64,000 nucleotides of DNA from Rhina ancylostomus (taxonomy: Eukaryota), in NCBI GenBank assembly GCA_030265395.1, contig JARFYF010000057.1, positions 11,447,444 through 11,511,443 on the forward strand, written 5' to 3'. Under the pieces are notes generated by a model. That model had not been told where the DNA came from, did no database searches, and saw only the letters and a list, made by a program, of their open reading frames with translations. This document shows, piece after piece, positions 39,469 to 52,606 of this stretch (positions within the stretch are counted from its first letter, which is position 1; each line of letters starts with the position of its first letter). Both the position numbers and the translations under genes were made by a program.

Positions 39469-42400
39469 TGTGTCAGGATAGTGGTTTCGAGCAGGAGTAA
39501 ACTAAACTGAGTAGAATTCATAATAAAAGCAGCTTGGATTCGTGGCCCTTTGTTCTCCCGTGAATTAATCTCAAATGTGTAGAGGACAAGCAGAAGTTCT
39601 GCAACTACTCGCATAAGAGTTGACGGGTTGAATTTTGGACTTTCATCCAAAATGCTGGAGAAAGTGTAAAAAATAATTGGGCTCCAACTGATTCATACTA
39701 ATGTGGCTAATTACCCCAAGCTAATTAGAAGTTTGCTTTTGAATTCTTTAAATTGCGTTACTATGGTCAGGGCTGTGCCATTCTTTTTTCAATCTATATT
39801 CTTTGCAATGATTCTGGCTTAATGTCTTTTGTGGTATTGGGCTGAAGCCAGCTATTTAAAGCAAATCATTTTCTTGGGCTACTCAAGTGTCAATTTGTTG
39901 CAACATTTGATACAAAGTGACCCACAGATAAATGAATATCAAAAAATCCATTATACTTTTAAGAAGAAAATGTAACATTACAATGAGGTAGTTTGGAAGA
40001 GTTGTAGATTCTTGAACCAAATGTGTTACAGGCTTTGGCTCTTGATTCATAGCTTTATTTTTGTTGATATTTTTAGTAGTCTATATAGCTCTGCCAGATG
40101 ATTGTTATTGGCGATAATGTCTGCCCTACTGTTGGAACGCGTAAGAGACGGACTTTAGGGGTGGGGTTTGAAACTGGGGGTTGCCAAACGTGCTGTATTT
40201 ACGAACCATGCAATGTTTGGAAAGTGAGCTAAATGTTTTGCAGGCTGCTTCTGCATGATTATCCAAAGATTATCTTAAGCATTCAGGCTGTGATTTCGGG
40301 GATTTTTTTTTGATCCTATAGTTTCCTGCATTTACTTCGTTAAAGCTATGTACCTTGTATTCCAATGGCAAACTTGCAGATGCATTTCAAAATGCTTCTG
40401 GTGAAAAGGGAAATTTAGATCGATAAAAAAAATTGTTGCTGGACAAATAGTGGTTCTCTTTGATCTCAACTAAAAACAAATTTTCACCTATCCATTTAAT
40501 GGAAAGGGGGGTGTTATTTGTGTGGTGTAGGGACATCTGATTAGTGATCCATCCGTATGACATCCCGATGCAGAGCATTCCGCTTTGGACAGTTGGAAGT
40601 AGTAGTCAATGTAAACTGGTACAGTAGTTCCTGCATTAATTAGAAGATTCGAGTGCACTTGGAAGGAGAAATTATCACACAAAGTTTGCTTATAAAAGTG
40701 TTCAGGGCAAGCCAATTATCAAAAATACTGATTAGAAATAACAGATATTGTGTCATTGAGGTATGTATGATCTTTTTTTAAAGAATTGCTTTGCTTGTTT
40801 GGGTAGGGCTTTAAGGCAGGAATAGAGCTGGGTTAGGCAGGCCCCTATGATTTAATTGTATTCGTCGTATATATTGAATAAGATTTTAATGATGTCATCG
40901 TCCTGTCAACTCCATTGTGGGATTTGTGGAATCTGCCTTCGGTGGGTCATAACTCAAAATGGCGATACAGCTTTCATTTCCATTGTTGGTGCACATCTGT
41001 TCGAGTGCCTGGATTTCTATTCTAACATCTTTGAGATCATTCATATTTGGAGATGGTGGTGGTTTCATTGAGTCAAATTTATTCAAACTATTCCTTGCTA
41101 TTCCTTTTTGCCATCCAGATGATCCCTTCAATTCTCTCTTTCCACCCCCCCACCCCCACCCAATCTCGCAGTAGCAGGCTGGCACTGGTCTTAATGTGTA
41201 TTATCGACGCCTTATCTTTGTGCTCGAGAGCTGACGCTGAATAACGAATGATCCCGCCTAAAATTTACGCGCTGGGTAGAACAATAAACAAACGGTTACT
41301 CGGGTTCACGACTTGAACTGTCTGTAAACTCGTTCTGTTTGAGACAAATCGAATCAAATTGAGATCTTACTGGAGTTCCATGATAATTAAGCTCCTTGCT
41401 GGTTTTGCGTCCGGTAACTGCGATGCTCTTAGAAAAATCATTTCCGCACCTATCGAACCCAATTTTAATGTTTTGTTTTGAAATGCTGATGCACATGAAT
41501 ACGAGACTCGATTAGTAAGGCTAAATGAAAAATCAGTGGTCAAAATAAAAAAAATCCTGTTGCATAGTTTCCTTAATCATCATCTCGCAATTCAAAGAAA
41601 ACCTAATGTGCATATGAAACCCATTTCCTTTCTGAACGTAACAATTTGTATGCCATCAGTCTGGTACATCACAGCGCTTTATGGTTATGTGGTTATGATG
41701 TCAGAGAGATCACGCTATTTCAGGAAGCGCAGAGAACCTCGGCTCACTCTTGTGTTTCGTGACTGTTGGGTGGGGTGGAAGTGTCTTCACGGAATTTTCG
41801 TTTTCGATCATCAGTAGGCAGGTGTGCTCCACATAGCAATCTTTTAAAGAAAAAAAATAGGATTATATCCGTTTACTGTGTACTTCCAGTTATTTAAAGT
41901 GAATTGCAATTCGGAGCACGTTCGGTTCTTTCAAGCTGTGGCACATGTGTTTTTTGAGTTACGGGCTTTTAAGGACCAGCCAATAAGGAGTTGCATTCAC
42001 TTTCTTGCTGCTTATTGGTTTCTTCGCAAGGGAAGGTACTGATCTGGGAGCAGTGATGCGACTGGATAATTTGAATGAGAAGGGAGGGAGCAGTATGATT
42101 CAGTTCCGATTGGTGTCTGATTTCTCCTAAGTTCCAGGATAAAGATGCTCGTGATTTGGTTGCCGGGTTTGGGTACAAGTGGCTCGCTCCCTTTCTTCCC
42201 CCCCCCCCCGCTCCCCCCATTGCTTGTTTTGACTTTCTCCTAAAAGCCAATTTGTTTTTTATTCAATGCTGGAAAACAATCGTTTGGAAACATACCCGTG
42301 ATGAATACGTAAAACATTAATTTTTTTTTAATCTACTTGAACTAAGATTTTGTCTTGGATGCATTTATTGTAGCTAGTATTTTATATTGGTAAACTTAGC

Positions 42401-44024
42401 AAAATTTGGGATTTTTAAAATATTCACAATGATCAAGACTCCACGACCCTCCTGGGTAGAGAATTCCAGAGAGTCACTGCTCTCTAACACAAAGTTTTTC
42501 TTTGCAGATCGGTTTTAAATGACCACCCCTAATTTTGTAACTATATTCCCTTGTTCATGACTCTCCAACTATGGGAAAACATCTTAGCATTTGTCCTGTC
42601 ACATTCCCCATCCCAAGGATATTTTCCCCTCATTTAAACCCCAAAGATTATGGTTTGTCATAGGCAGTCCTCTAATTCCAGGAATAGCCTAATGAATTTC
42701 TTTTAGACTGCCTTAAGTGCCATCATATCCCTCTTGAAAGTAACGGGACTAAAATTGTACTCCAGGTGTGGCCTCACCAGGGCACTATATAATTGTAACA
42801 ATGCTTCCCTCTTTCTAAACTCCATCTTTCTCACAATAAAGACCAATTTGCCTTCCTAACCACTTGTTTATAATAGGTTCACGCCAAATAGGTTGGAGTT
42901 GTATTGCAATAATGAGTCATATTAAGCTGGGACCAGGCATTGTTCGAAATGTTATTTGGAAGCCTGGGTGGAGAGATGTAGAAATCCCAGTAACTTACCC
43001 ATGCCCTCCAATTTACCTGATTGGCAAATTAGGAGTTGTCAACACCTCAATTCAGTATTGAGCTATTGAGTTCAGATATGATTACCTGAGGTTGACCTGT
43101 TGTCAAAAAATATTTTTGCAGGATGTGGGTATCAGTAAAACAAATATCTGTGAACCTGTGCATTAAGGATTTGGTAAGCCTGCCATGAATTGTAGTCCAT
43201 GGCTTTGAAAGAATGAACATCAGGGAGGTCCAAGTTTTTACCCATGCCAATGTTTCAAAGTGAGGTTTGAGGGTATTTGGAGGTTGTGTGCCTGTCCTCT
43301 ATGGTAGAGGTTGCTGGTTTAGAAGATACTGTTGAAGGAATAAATCTATTTACACACTGAACCCTCAATGGCAAAACAATATTTCAGATGGTACCTGTGG
43401 GAGAGGAGCAGAGTTAATGTTTTGAATCAATGATCTTTCACTAATTTTAACTAATTTGATTTCTCTTGTGCTTTTAATTTCCTGTGTATCATTTGGGCAC
43501 TTTTAGACCCACCACACACATACCCAGAAGTGCTTGAAATTAATTCTTGATTAGTTATTACCCACTAATACTTAAGTACTGTTCTCTCTTCTAACCATGG
43601 ACATTTTAAATATTTTTTCCTTGCAACGCAAGCCAGCTGATTCCTGGGGTCTATGCAGCCTTTCACATCAGTTCCCTTCCCCTAATTATTTTCCTGTAAC
43701 ACATTCTCTTGCATATCTATTAACACCTACTCCAGTTCTTGCATTAGAGGGCTACTGAAAATCGCCCTACAGCCTACACATTTTTGTTTGAATTTTGGGG
43801 GAAAGCCACATTGCTGCAGGGAAAGGAAAACTCTAGATGACAGCACTGAAGGTCAAATTGCTGAATTTGAGACAGCTGTGCTACCTGCAGCACTACTGTG
43901 CCAGCCCTGGTAAAAGTGGGAATGGGGAAGGCACCTTTTTATTAAAAACAGAATAGAAAAAAATTTTGCTTAAAGCAAGTTCACTGGTAGTTATTTCTAA
44001 TGGCTAGAGAACTTAAAAACTTGT

Positions 44025-44225
44025 ATTTAGCACAGTAACAGGCCCTTCTGGCCCAATGAGTCTGTGCTGTCCATTTAAACCCATGTTAATCTACCTGTGC
44101 GAGGAAACCAGAGCACCCGGGGGAAACCCACGCAGACACAGGGAGAATGGGCGAACTCCTTACAGATAGCGATGGGGATTGAACACTGTAATAGTGTCAC
44201 ACTAACAGCTATGCTACCATGCTGT
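44025..44225 (-). mobile_element. V-SINE in LMNB2 intron 1
   Basis: 'gaggaaaccagagcacccgggggaaacccacgcagacacagggagaa' is the reverse V-domain; tRNA head 'gctatgctaccatgc'. Confidence 0.8.
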
Positions 44226-44769
44226 CCCTTGTGGAACACTAATGTCTAGTAAATTTGGGTAACAGCACATGAAGGTGCCCCTTGCTCCATCTGTGCTCTG
44301 AGGACAAAATAGCTAATTCTATTCCATCTAGCCTTTATACACCTTTAATTTTCTTTTGATTTGTGGTCTAATTCCCTTTCAGAGCTAAATCTAACTCCAT
44401 CCTATCAGGCAATACTTTTCCCTCACTTTTTAAACGAAAGTACCAACTATTAACTCTTAGATCTGTGTCCAAGAGCTCTAGACTCTTGTGTTAACCAAGA
44501 GGAACAGTTTCCTCCAACAACCATCAGTATGATACCACCTCTGCTCTAAGATCAATTGCAGCAGCTTTTTTTTTCCCCTCACCCACCCATCTACTCAAGT
44601 GAATTTGTAACCTTTGAGGCTTAAGACCTTTGTTGGTGCAGACTAGAAATGAATGCAAAATTCTAGTTTTACACTTTATTCCACTCTTTATGAAATCAAG
44701 GATCCTGCATGTTTTGATTTTAAACTTTATACAACCTTTCCTGGCAACTTGTGTATACACATGAGCATG

Positions 44770-45400
44770 TAGGAACATAAGCAATAATACAAGAGCAAGC
44801 TGTTCAGCTCTTCAAGCTGCTCTGCCATTCGTAAGATCATGGCAGATCCTCTAATTTAGTGCCACGTTCTAGCACTATCCCTATATCCCTTGATTCTCTT
44901 AATGATTGGAAATCAACTAATGATCTCTGTTTTGCATGAACACGATGACCAATCCTCCAAAGGAAATTAATTTGAAAGATTCACTACCCTCAGTGAAATT
45001 TCTCATCTCAGTCCTAAACAGCCTATTCCTTAATCAACTACAGTGTTTCCTGGACCTAGACCCTTCAGGGAGGTTCCCTGCAGCTAGTCTGTCAAGCCCT
45101 TCAACAATGCGGTCTCCTCATTCTCCTAAACTGTAGAGAATCATTCCAGTCTACTCAGTCTTTATGGGGAAACTGTCCAGAGAATCTTTGCTTTCCTTAG
45201 GTAAGGAGACCAACACTATACACTACTGGTGCGATCTTGCCTGAACAATTGCAGTAAAACTTACTTGCATCTGCATTCAAGTCTTGTAAAACTGACCAAT
45301 AAATTATTTGCCTTCCTTATTGCTTGCTGCCCTTGCACAGTGGCATTCTATAACTTGGGTACAAACACATCTAGGTCCCTTATGAACATCAGTCTCAAAA
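44770..45400 (-). mobile_element. Decayed CR1 3' fragment
   Basis: Tail 'gaacataagcaat...ctctgccattcgtaagatcatggc', homologous to the 29525 CR1 tail. Confidence 0.65.
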
Positions 45401-45447
45401 TTTTAAGATATTCTGTTATGTGCATCAAAGTGGATGAACTTGCATAG

Positions 45448-45860
45448 GCATGGTAGTGTAGCAGTTAGTGTGATGCTATTACAGCGCCAGCAACCCGGGT
45501 TCAACTCCACCCACTGTCTGTAAGGAGTTTGTATGTTCTCCCCGTGTCTGTATGGGTTTCCTCCGGGTGTTCGGGTTTCCTCCCACATCTTAACCCGTTT
45601 GCCTATGGGAAGTTGTGGGCATGTTATGTTGGTGCCAGAAGTGTGGTGACACTTGCAGGCTGCCCCCAGAACACTATGCGAAAGATGTGNNNNNNNNNNN
45701 NNNNNNNNNNNNNNNNNNNNNNNNNNNNNNNNNNNNNNNNNNNNNNNNNNNNNNNNNNNNNNNNNNNNNNNNNNNNNNNNNNNNNNNNNCCCCAGAACAC
45801 TATGCGAAAGATGTGTTTCACTGTGTTTTGATGTACATGTGACTAATACAGATATCTTAT
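45448..45860 (+). mobile_element. V-SINE (same subfamily as 35349), split by a gap
   Basis: tRNA head GGCATGGTAGTGTAGC...GGGTTCAACTCC, V-domain, tail 'gatgtacatgtgactaatacagatatc'. Confidence 0.85.
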
Positions 45861-46865
45861 TTCCACGTATTAGACTTGCCATGTTCTTGCTCACTAATTC
45901 AACTTGTCCACATGCCCTTGAAGTCTCTTTTAATCTTTCTCTATACTTGCATCTCACCTGGTTTAATATTGTCAGCAGACTTGGAAGTATGACATTTGAT
46001 CAACTGAGACATATGGTTTAGGAGGCACTGTCATTGTATTCTTTGTATTGTTTCTCTTTGTGCTTCCTGCCAAAATCTCATTACTTCACATTTTTTTGTT
46101 AATTTTCATCTGCCATATTGTCTGCCATTCAGCAGCCAGTCTGTCCTCAAAATCTAACCTTAGTCTTCCTGCTGTTCATTCTTTTCCCCCAGCAGTTTGA
46201 AATTACTGCGCTGCTACCATAGATTTGTATCCTAGTTATTAATAAGAGGAAAAGTTGTTGTATTGGTTGTGTTCACTGTGTTTTTGGGGGGGGTGGCTAA
46301 CCCAATTTCTCAATTTATTTTTATTGAACTTGGATAATATTTTACTCTGGTAAGGTGTAAGTAAGCCAGAATTGCAAAACCCCCAATTTTGGGAAATGTT
46401 ACTTGTATGACCTCTACTGGAAGAAACCTGTCTAACATCAATTTGGTTTCCTTTTGCATCTATCTGCCCTGATCTCTGAACTTCTATTCTGATCATTCAG
46501 AGTATTTGAAATTATTATTTCGTTCTGATTGTATCCTTGTCTTTTTGAAAATATTGAGATAATTAAAATATTTCTGAAAAGTCCAACTGTTTAATAGTTT
46601 TAAAAACTATAAAGCTTAATTGCTTTGGAGTTTTGTAGTCATTTTAAAAACTTAAGAAAATAGGTTGTTACTTTAAAAATAACTCCAGTGTATCAGGTTA
46701 ACATTTGCTTATACCCAATTTGTGTGTGAATCTAGATTAAATTTAAAGTTTTTGCATGCTTTTATTTAGGGGTTAACTGTTGCCTGCTTTTTGTGACCAA
46801 AATGTCTGTATTTAAGACTATGCTTGCATTTATATCACTTATTGAAATTAGCTTGTTTTCCTTAG

Positions 46866-47022
46866 TTACAAGAAGAAAGATAGTGACCTGATATCGGCTC
46901 TTGCTCGGTTGAAAGATTTTGAACTGACCTACCACAAAAATGAGGCAGCACTTAACACTGCTCTTAGTGAAAACCATCGTATGGAAGCGGAGATGGATGA
47001 CTTGCGTTCACAGCTTGCTAAG
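46866..47022 (+). CDS. LMNB2: Lamin B2 exon 2
   Basis: cttag|T...AAG|gtaaag, 157 nt, phase-compatible; YKKKDSDLISALARLKDFELTYHKNEAALNTALSENHRMEAEMDDLRSQLAK. Confidence 0.95.
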
Positions 47023-47629
47023 GTAAAGTTCTGTGGTTGAGTTATCTGGAAAGGGATGACCTCTGTAAAATGTTGAATATACCATGGAATTGGAAATGGT
47101 ATTTGAATTCTGCACATTTTTTTCCTCTAGCTTTTAGTTGTGGATTAGATGTTTCCCTGTTAACAGGAGATGGGTGTCATCTGCATTTAGTACTCCATAT
47201 ATGCTTGTTAGTGATCTGTTAGATATGAGGTTGAAGTTGTAATTTGTTGAATGGTTGTTGTAAACAGCTCAAGAATCATTAATTTCTCTAACTTTCTCAC
47301 ATAACCCTATTTAAAAGTATTGACACTTGCTGGGTTGCAACAAACCTCTTGTGCCTCACCAAACTGGTCATTTTATTTTTCCTTTTCGATTCTAATCAAT
47401 GTACTTAAATTGTGTTTTTCACCACCATTAAGATTTGAAGGTTTATCCTTCCAGTATAGCAGCTTAGATGATTGAGAGAGTGCAGCAACAGAATTTTTTT
47501 TCTTTGACTTGTTTTGTAACAGTCCTATCCTATTTGAAGTTAGTTGTCTGAAATAAGAATCACACCATGGAAATGTATTTTATATAATTACCAAATAAAG
47601 CAAATAATAACATTTCTATTTCAACTTAG

Positions 47630-47755
47630 GCCGAAAGTTCCCTGGCTGCTGCCAAAAAACAATTGGAAGGAGAGACGCTGATGCGAGTTGATCTGGAAAA
47701 TCAGTGTCAGAGCCTGAATGAGGAACTAGCATTCAGGAAAAATGTGTTTGAAGAG
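47630..47755 (+). CDS. LMNB2: Lamin B2 exon 3
   Basis: 126 nt; [42 protein letters not shown]|gtatga. Confidence 0.96.
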
Positions 47756-48538
47756 GTATGATTTTTTTTTTAAAAAAAATTTTAATTGCTGATATTTTGT
47801 AACATTTTACAATTTAAAATATTACATTCTGTAACTCTACAACATTGTCAAGTAAATTCACCCTTTCTGGAATGGGGAACTGTTCCCTCAATGTTAGGAT
47901 TTCCATGTTTTGTGGTAGACATTTGCCTCTTACTATTTCCAGTCCCCAGAGATTTCAGTACCTCAGTGCAAATTGGGAAGCCTAAATTCTTCCTCACTTG
48001 TTCAGCCTCCAACCAATATTTGTAGTCCCTTCTAGCCAATGTGTTGTCACCTATTCAACTAATTATCCATGGTGCAGTAAAACTCAATTATCAAATGTTA
48101 TTCTATTTTGTGACCCAACACATTTTAAATTTACTTAAATATTAAACAATAGTAGAATAATAAATTTTTCCAGTGGCCCCAGTAAGTTTAGAGGGCACAG
48201 GAGGCAAACTCTTAAGTTAAAAGGAAATGTCGCCAACCAAACCAGGTGAATTTGTAGCAACCAGAGCACCTGTGAATGGATGGAGTGAGTGGCAAGGATT
48301 ATCTGGTGCCAAATGCTGAACTATCAAGATTTCCAGAAAGTGGGTTATCAAAATTTTACTGTATGTTGAAGAAATTATCACCATTTTTCTTACACTCAAG
48401 ATTAGCGGCATGTGCAAATATATAAAGCCTCATTAAAACTAGAATTCCAATTAATCTCTTGCATTTTATACCAGTCCTTTAGTTCACAAACTGTAATAAG
48501 TACAAACCCAGGCAAAATTTAGTAATCTTTTAATGTAG

Positions 48539-48709
48539 GAAGTGCGTGAGACTAAGAAGAGACAAGACCGTCGAATAGTAGAAGTAGATACTGGACGAAG
48601 AATTGATTATGAATCCAAATTGGCAGAGGCTCTTCAGGAGCTGCGAAAGCAGCATGAAGATCAAGTGAAACAGTACAAAGAAGACTTAGAGCAAACTTTC
48701 CAAGCCAAG
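48539..48709 (+). CDS. LMNB2: Lamin B2 exon 4
   Basis: 171 nt; [57 protein letters not shown]|gtaact. Confidence 0.96.
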
Positions 48710-48824
48710 GTAACTGAAGATGTTGCAGTAAATTCTGATATTACTATTGGGTCATAAGCTGAAAATTACACAAATGGCAATATTTCCAGCTTAGTTATTT
48801 GATTTTCTGTGCATGCTTTTGTAG

Positions 48825-48950
48825 TTGGAAAATGCAAAGTTAGCATCTGATAGAAATGACAAAGCTATTGGAACAGCGCGGGAAGAGCTGCAGGAGGCCT
48901 ATCACAGGATCGAGAGTCTCAATTATCAACTTGGAGCTCTGCAGAAACAG
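48825..48950 (+). CDS. LMNB2: Lamin B2 exon 5
   Basis: 126 nt; LENAKLASDRNDKAIGTAREELQEAYHRIESLNYQLGALQKQ|gtaatt. Confidence 0.96.
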
Positions 48951-49384
48951 GTAATTATTTTACCTATTTGTAATCATTGCACACTCTTTGGGGTGGATGG
49001 TAATGGTGGATATAAGAAAATATAATGTTTGCTTTTCATTTGGTTTGTTCTGAAAAAGCTGCATTTATTGTCCATCCCTAAGAAGGTAGCAGGCTCTTAG
49101 CAATATAAATGGATTTTTAATCCTTTCATGAGCATGCAGTCATGCAAAGTAAATTGGAGCCTTGTGCATCCCAGCCTGGATAGTGTCCCATTAATATTCC
49201 TCCCTGTCCAAGTTCTTGTGTAAGATTCCTAGGGAATCTTTCATATTCCTGCTGAGGAACTAATAGATCCATAATTACTTGTCTATTTGACACTAATNNN
49301 NNNNNNNNNNNNNNNNNNNNNNNNNNNNNNNNNNNNNNNNNNNNNNNNCTTTGTTTTCATAATTCTAATTAACTTCCACTGTAG

Positions 49385-49605
49385 TCTGCTGCTTCTGAGG
49401 CTCGAGTTAGGGAGTTGGAAGAGCTGCTTGCAAGTGACCGTGATAAATACCGCAAAATGCTGGAGGGAAAAGACCAGGAAATGGCTGAGCTGAGGGCTCG
49501 CATGGAATTGCAGTTGCAAGAATATGAGGACCTCCTTGATGTTAAACTGGCCCTTGACATGGAAATTCAAGCCTATCGCAAGCTCTTGGAAGGTGAAGAA
49601 GAGAG
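49385..49605 (+). CDS. LMNB2: Lamin B2 exon 6 (end of coil 2)
   Basis: 221 nt; ends [25 protein letters not shown], the intermediate-filament rod-end consensus. Confidence 0.98.
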
Positions 49606-49953
49606 GTATGCTGGAGCTAAAAGTTGCCTTATTGTTTGATACTGTCATTTTGATTGTATGTTAACTTAATAAATCTGATTTGGAAGATATTTTCTTCCCC
49701 TTGAAGAGATTCTTTTGTTGTAGTTACTTTGTATAATTCACTTTATTTTAAAAAGTAGTTGCTGGTGGTTAAATAAAACAACTGAAATGAGCTGGCAAAG
49801 ATAAGTACTGAGGTAGCAAGCCTTAGTTTCTACTGCTCTTTCACCACATTTTTGCTATGGGGAGCAGTGAGAGGACTTGCAACTCCTGTCACTGAGGGGG
49901 GAGAAATTCCTTCAGAGGACATACCTTGAAGAGACCAGTGGAGTAGTAACTTG

Positions 49954-50208
49954 GAGACATAAGACTGCAGATGCTGTAATCTGGAGCAAAGCAAGAACTG
50001 CTGGAGGAGTTCAGCAGATCAAGTAGCATCTGTGCAGGCAAAGGGATGGTCTGTTTCGGGTCAAGGCCCTGCATTAGGACGTGGTTTCAGCCCAAAATGT
50101 CAACTATCCTTCTGTCTTCACAGATGCTGCTCACCCCATTGTATTCCTCCAGCAGTTTCGTGTTTCTTTTTTGCTCCAGATTACAGCATCTGCACTCTCT
50201 TGTGTCTC
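49954..50208. repeat. Fold-back element made of two inverted Penelope-associated terminal repeats, in LMNB2 intron 6
   Basis: GAGACATAAGACTGCAGATGCTGTAATCTGGAGCAAA... pairs with ...TTTGCTCCAGATTACAGCATCTGCACTCTCTTGTGTCTC. Confidence 0.8.
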
Positions 50209-51199
50209 TAGCTGAAATGAGCTCAAAATATAAAGGGAATGAATAGATTGGTCTTAAGGTAATATGACAAGCTGGATTTCATTTTTGTCTTCCACTGAAA
50301 GGTTCATCACCTGGGCTTGCTGCTTGCCCCAAATCTTAGCAGTAGTTACTGGCTTATGTGGTGTAAAGAGAACCTTCGAAGAAATATTTTGTTAAGCAGT
50401 GCTTCCTTTCGTTGTTTTACTTTTTTCGTGTGTTTTGTTCAGGAGTAATTTGGATGCAGTTGATAGGATATGGGTGAGGGGAAGAAGGGAATGGGGTCTG
50501 AATTATGTGATTAGAACAATATTTGCTTAGAGATGAACTTTTAAATAGATGATGGGAAGATAGAGGGGCTGGAAAGGATTTCAAAAATATGATGTCTAAA
50601 TTGATGAAAATGTTGCCATAACAATAGACTTGGGATGAACTAGAGACAAGTTTGTTAGGGCTGTGTGGGTAAAGTGGGATTCTACTGGTTAAGATGAGTG
50701 AGGACAGAAGGATTAACATAAAATTTGTTATTTGTCAGGATTTTGAGGTCTGTCATGGGCAAATGCATCTTTGACATTGAAAATGGCCACAGTTTTTAAT
50801 GAAAATTAGTATAAAAATGGAATGCTAGAACTGCTCAGCAGATGAGGGAGCATCTGTGGAAACAAAGAATTGATGTTTCAGGTTTATGATCTAATGAAAG
50901 GTTTTTGAAATACTGTTTCTTTTTAATATGAATTTCATAAATGTGGGTAAACAAATGAAGTTGATCAGCTTGTCAATGAAGTTGAATTTGGGAGTTGGCG
51001 TTCTAATAGGAAAATGTGTTCTGTTATACAAGTGGCCTTTTCAAAATGTGTGGGCTTGGATCTCTAGATGTTGTACTGCAAATAGGTGCAGATTGGCTGG
51101 AGGGGATGGAGATTGGTATAAGTCATGGTGTAGGAGAATGTAATAGTTGAGTTTTGGAAGAACTTTATACTTTCTAAAAATTCAGACTGCACTGATATT

Positions 51200-51665
51200 G
51201 AGTTCTTAATGGGGGTCATTGTACAACTTTATAAAGCATTAGTTACGCCATGGCCTGAATCCTGTATGCAGTTCTGTTTGCCACACTTTAGGAAGGGTGT
51301 GATTGTAGTGGACAGGGTGCAGAGGAGATTCACCTGGATGATGTCTGAGATGAACAGTTTTAGCAATGAGGAAGGAATGGATATATTGGGATTGTTCCCT
51401 TGGAACTGAGAAAGTTGAAGAAAGGACCTGATGAAATGTACAAAATTCTGGGGATAGGATACTGAGAAACTTTCTTTCTCACGTAACAGATGTCTATAAC
51501 CGAAGGGCATAAGTTTAAGATGAGATGCAAGAGGATTTAAGGAGATCTGAGGAAGAAAAACTTTTCACTTGGTGGTGGAATCTGGAATGTGGAGTCTGAG
51601 CAGGTGGTGAAGGCAAAAAAATCACAGCATTCAGGACCTAGACAATTACTTGAATTGCCAAGCAT
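51200..51665 (+). mobile_element. Decayed CR1 3' fragment in LMNB2 intron 6
   Basis: QLYKALVTPWPESCMQFCLPHFRKGVIVVDRVQRRFT resembles the CR1 ORF2 C-terminus. Confidence 0.8.
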
Positions 51666-51971
51666 AGAATGCTCATGACATTTTTAAGAATGATTTTAAA
51701 AAGTGGAGGCAAATTATTTTTTTTAATTATTGCATCTTGTTTGGGTGTCTTTTTATATTAAAGGTGCTACACAAATGCATGTTGTTGATCCATGGGAGGA
51801 GAGCATGAAGGCAAGTAATAATGTGTTTGGGACCTCCAAAGGCAGCAGTGGAAAAATAAAGAGTAGGACCCTAAGACTAATTGGAAAAAGTGCATAAAGT
51901 AATGAGATTCGGAATGCAGTATCCATCTGAGGAAGATGAATGCAACTAAAATGCTTTGTTTTTGTTCCCAG

Positions 51972-52191
51972 GTTGAAACTTTCTCCAAGTCCCTCCTCCA
52001 AGGTGACAGTGTCCCGTGCTACTTCTAGCAGTGCTGTTCACACATCTCGTGCCAAACGAAAGCGGGTAGAAATGGAAGAGCCCAGAGAAAGCAGTCATAT
52101 AAAACAAACACACTCAAGCAGTGGCTCAATCAGTATTGAGCCAATTGATCTTGAGGGAAAGTTTGTTTGTCTCAGCAATAATTCTGAGAAG
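51972..52191 (+). CDS. LMNB2: Lamin B2 exon 7 (tail with CDK site, NLS and start of Ig fold)
   Basis: ccag|G; [36 protein letters not shown]...[19 protein letters not shown]|gtgagg. Confidence 0.96.
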
Positions 52192-52498
52192 GTGAGGACC
52201 TAGAAAACATGAGCACAACCTTTATTCAGTTTGTTCTGCAAGTTGGCACACTAGTAGAAGCTTTACTTGAATTGTGCAACAGGAGCTGGAGTCTTGAATT
52301 TGTAGGGAAACTGCCTGAGGACTTGTGACCACCTTGCTTAGATGTGAAAGCAGGAAGCACCATTTTCATAACTAGTTACTGATAGTGTGAAGTTCTGTAT
52401 TGTTGGACGTATTTATCATCTGAGCAGTTCTCTATAAAATGTCCTGGTGGCATCCTCAATCTGGCTGTTTATAATTCATTTGCCACTTTTGCTTGCAG

Positions 52499-52606
52499 GA
52501 TCAGCTACTTGGGGGATGGAGACTGAAAAGGCAAATTGGAGATGGGGAGGAAATATTCTACAAGTTCACTCCCAAATACACCCTGAAGGCTGGACAAAAA
52601 GTTAAA
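52499..52606 (+). CDS. LMNB2: Lamin B2 exon 8 (Ig fold)
   Basis: 108 nt; DQLLGGWRLKRQIGDGEEIFYKFTPKYTLKAGQKVK|gtgagt. Confidence 0.96.

Noticed and set aside
42045-42128. GTGATGC...CTGA in LMNB2 intron 1 as a possible snoRNA
   Set aside because: Box C is imperfect, the stem is poor and there is no recognisable guide; expected by chance.
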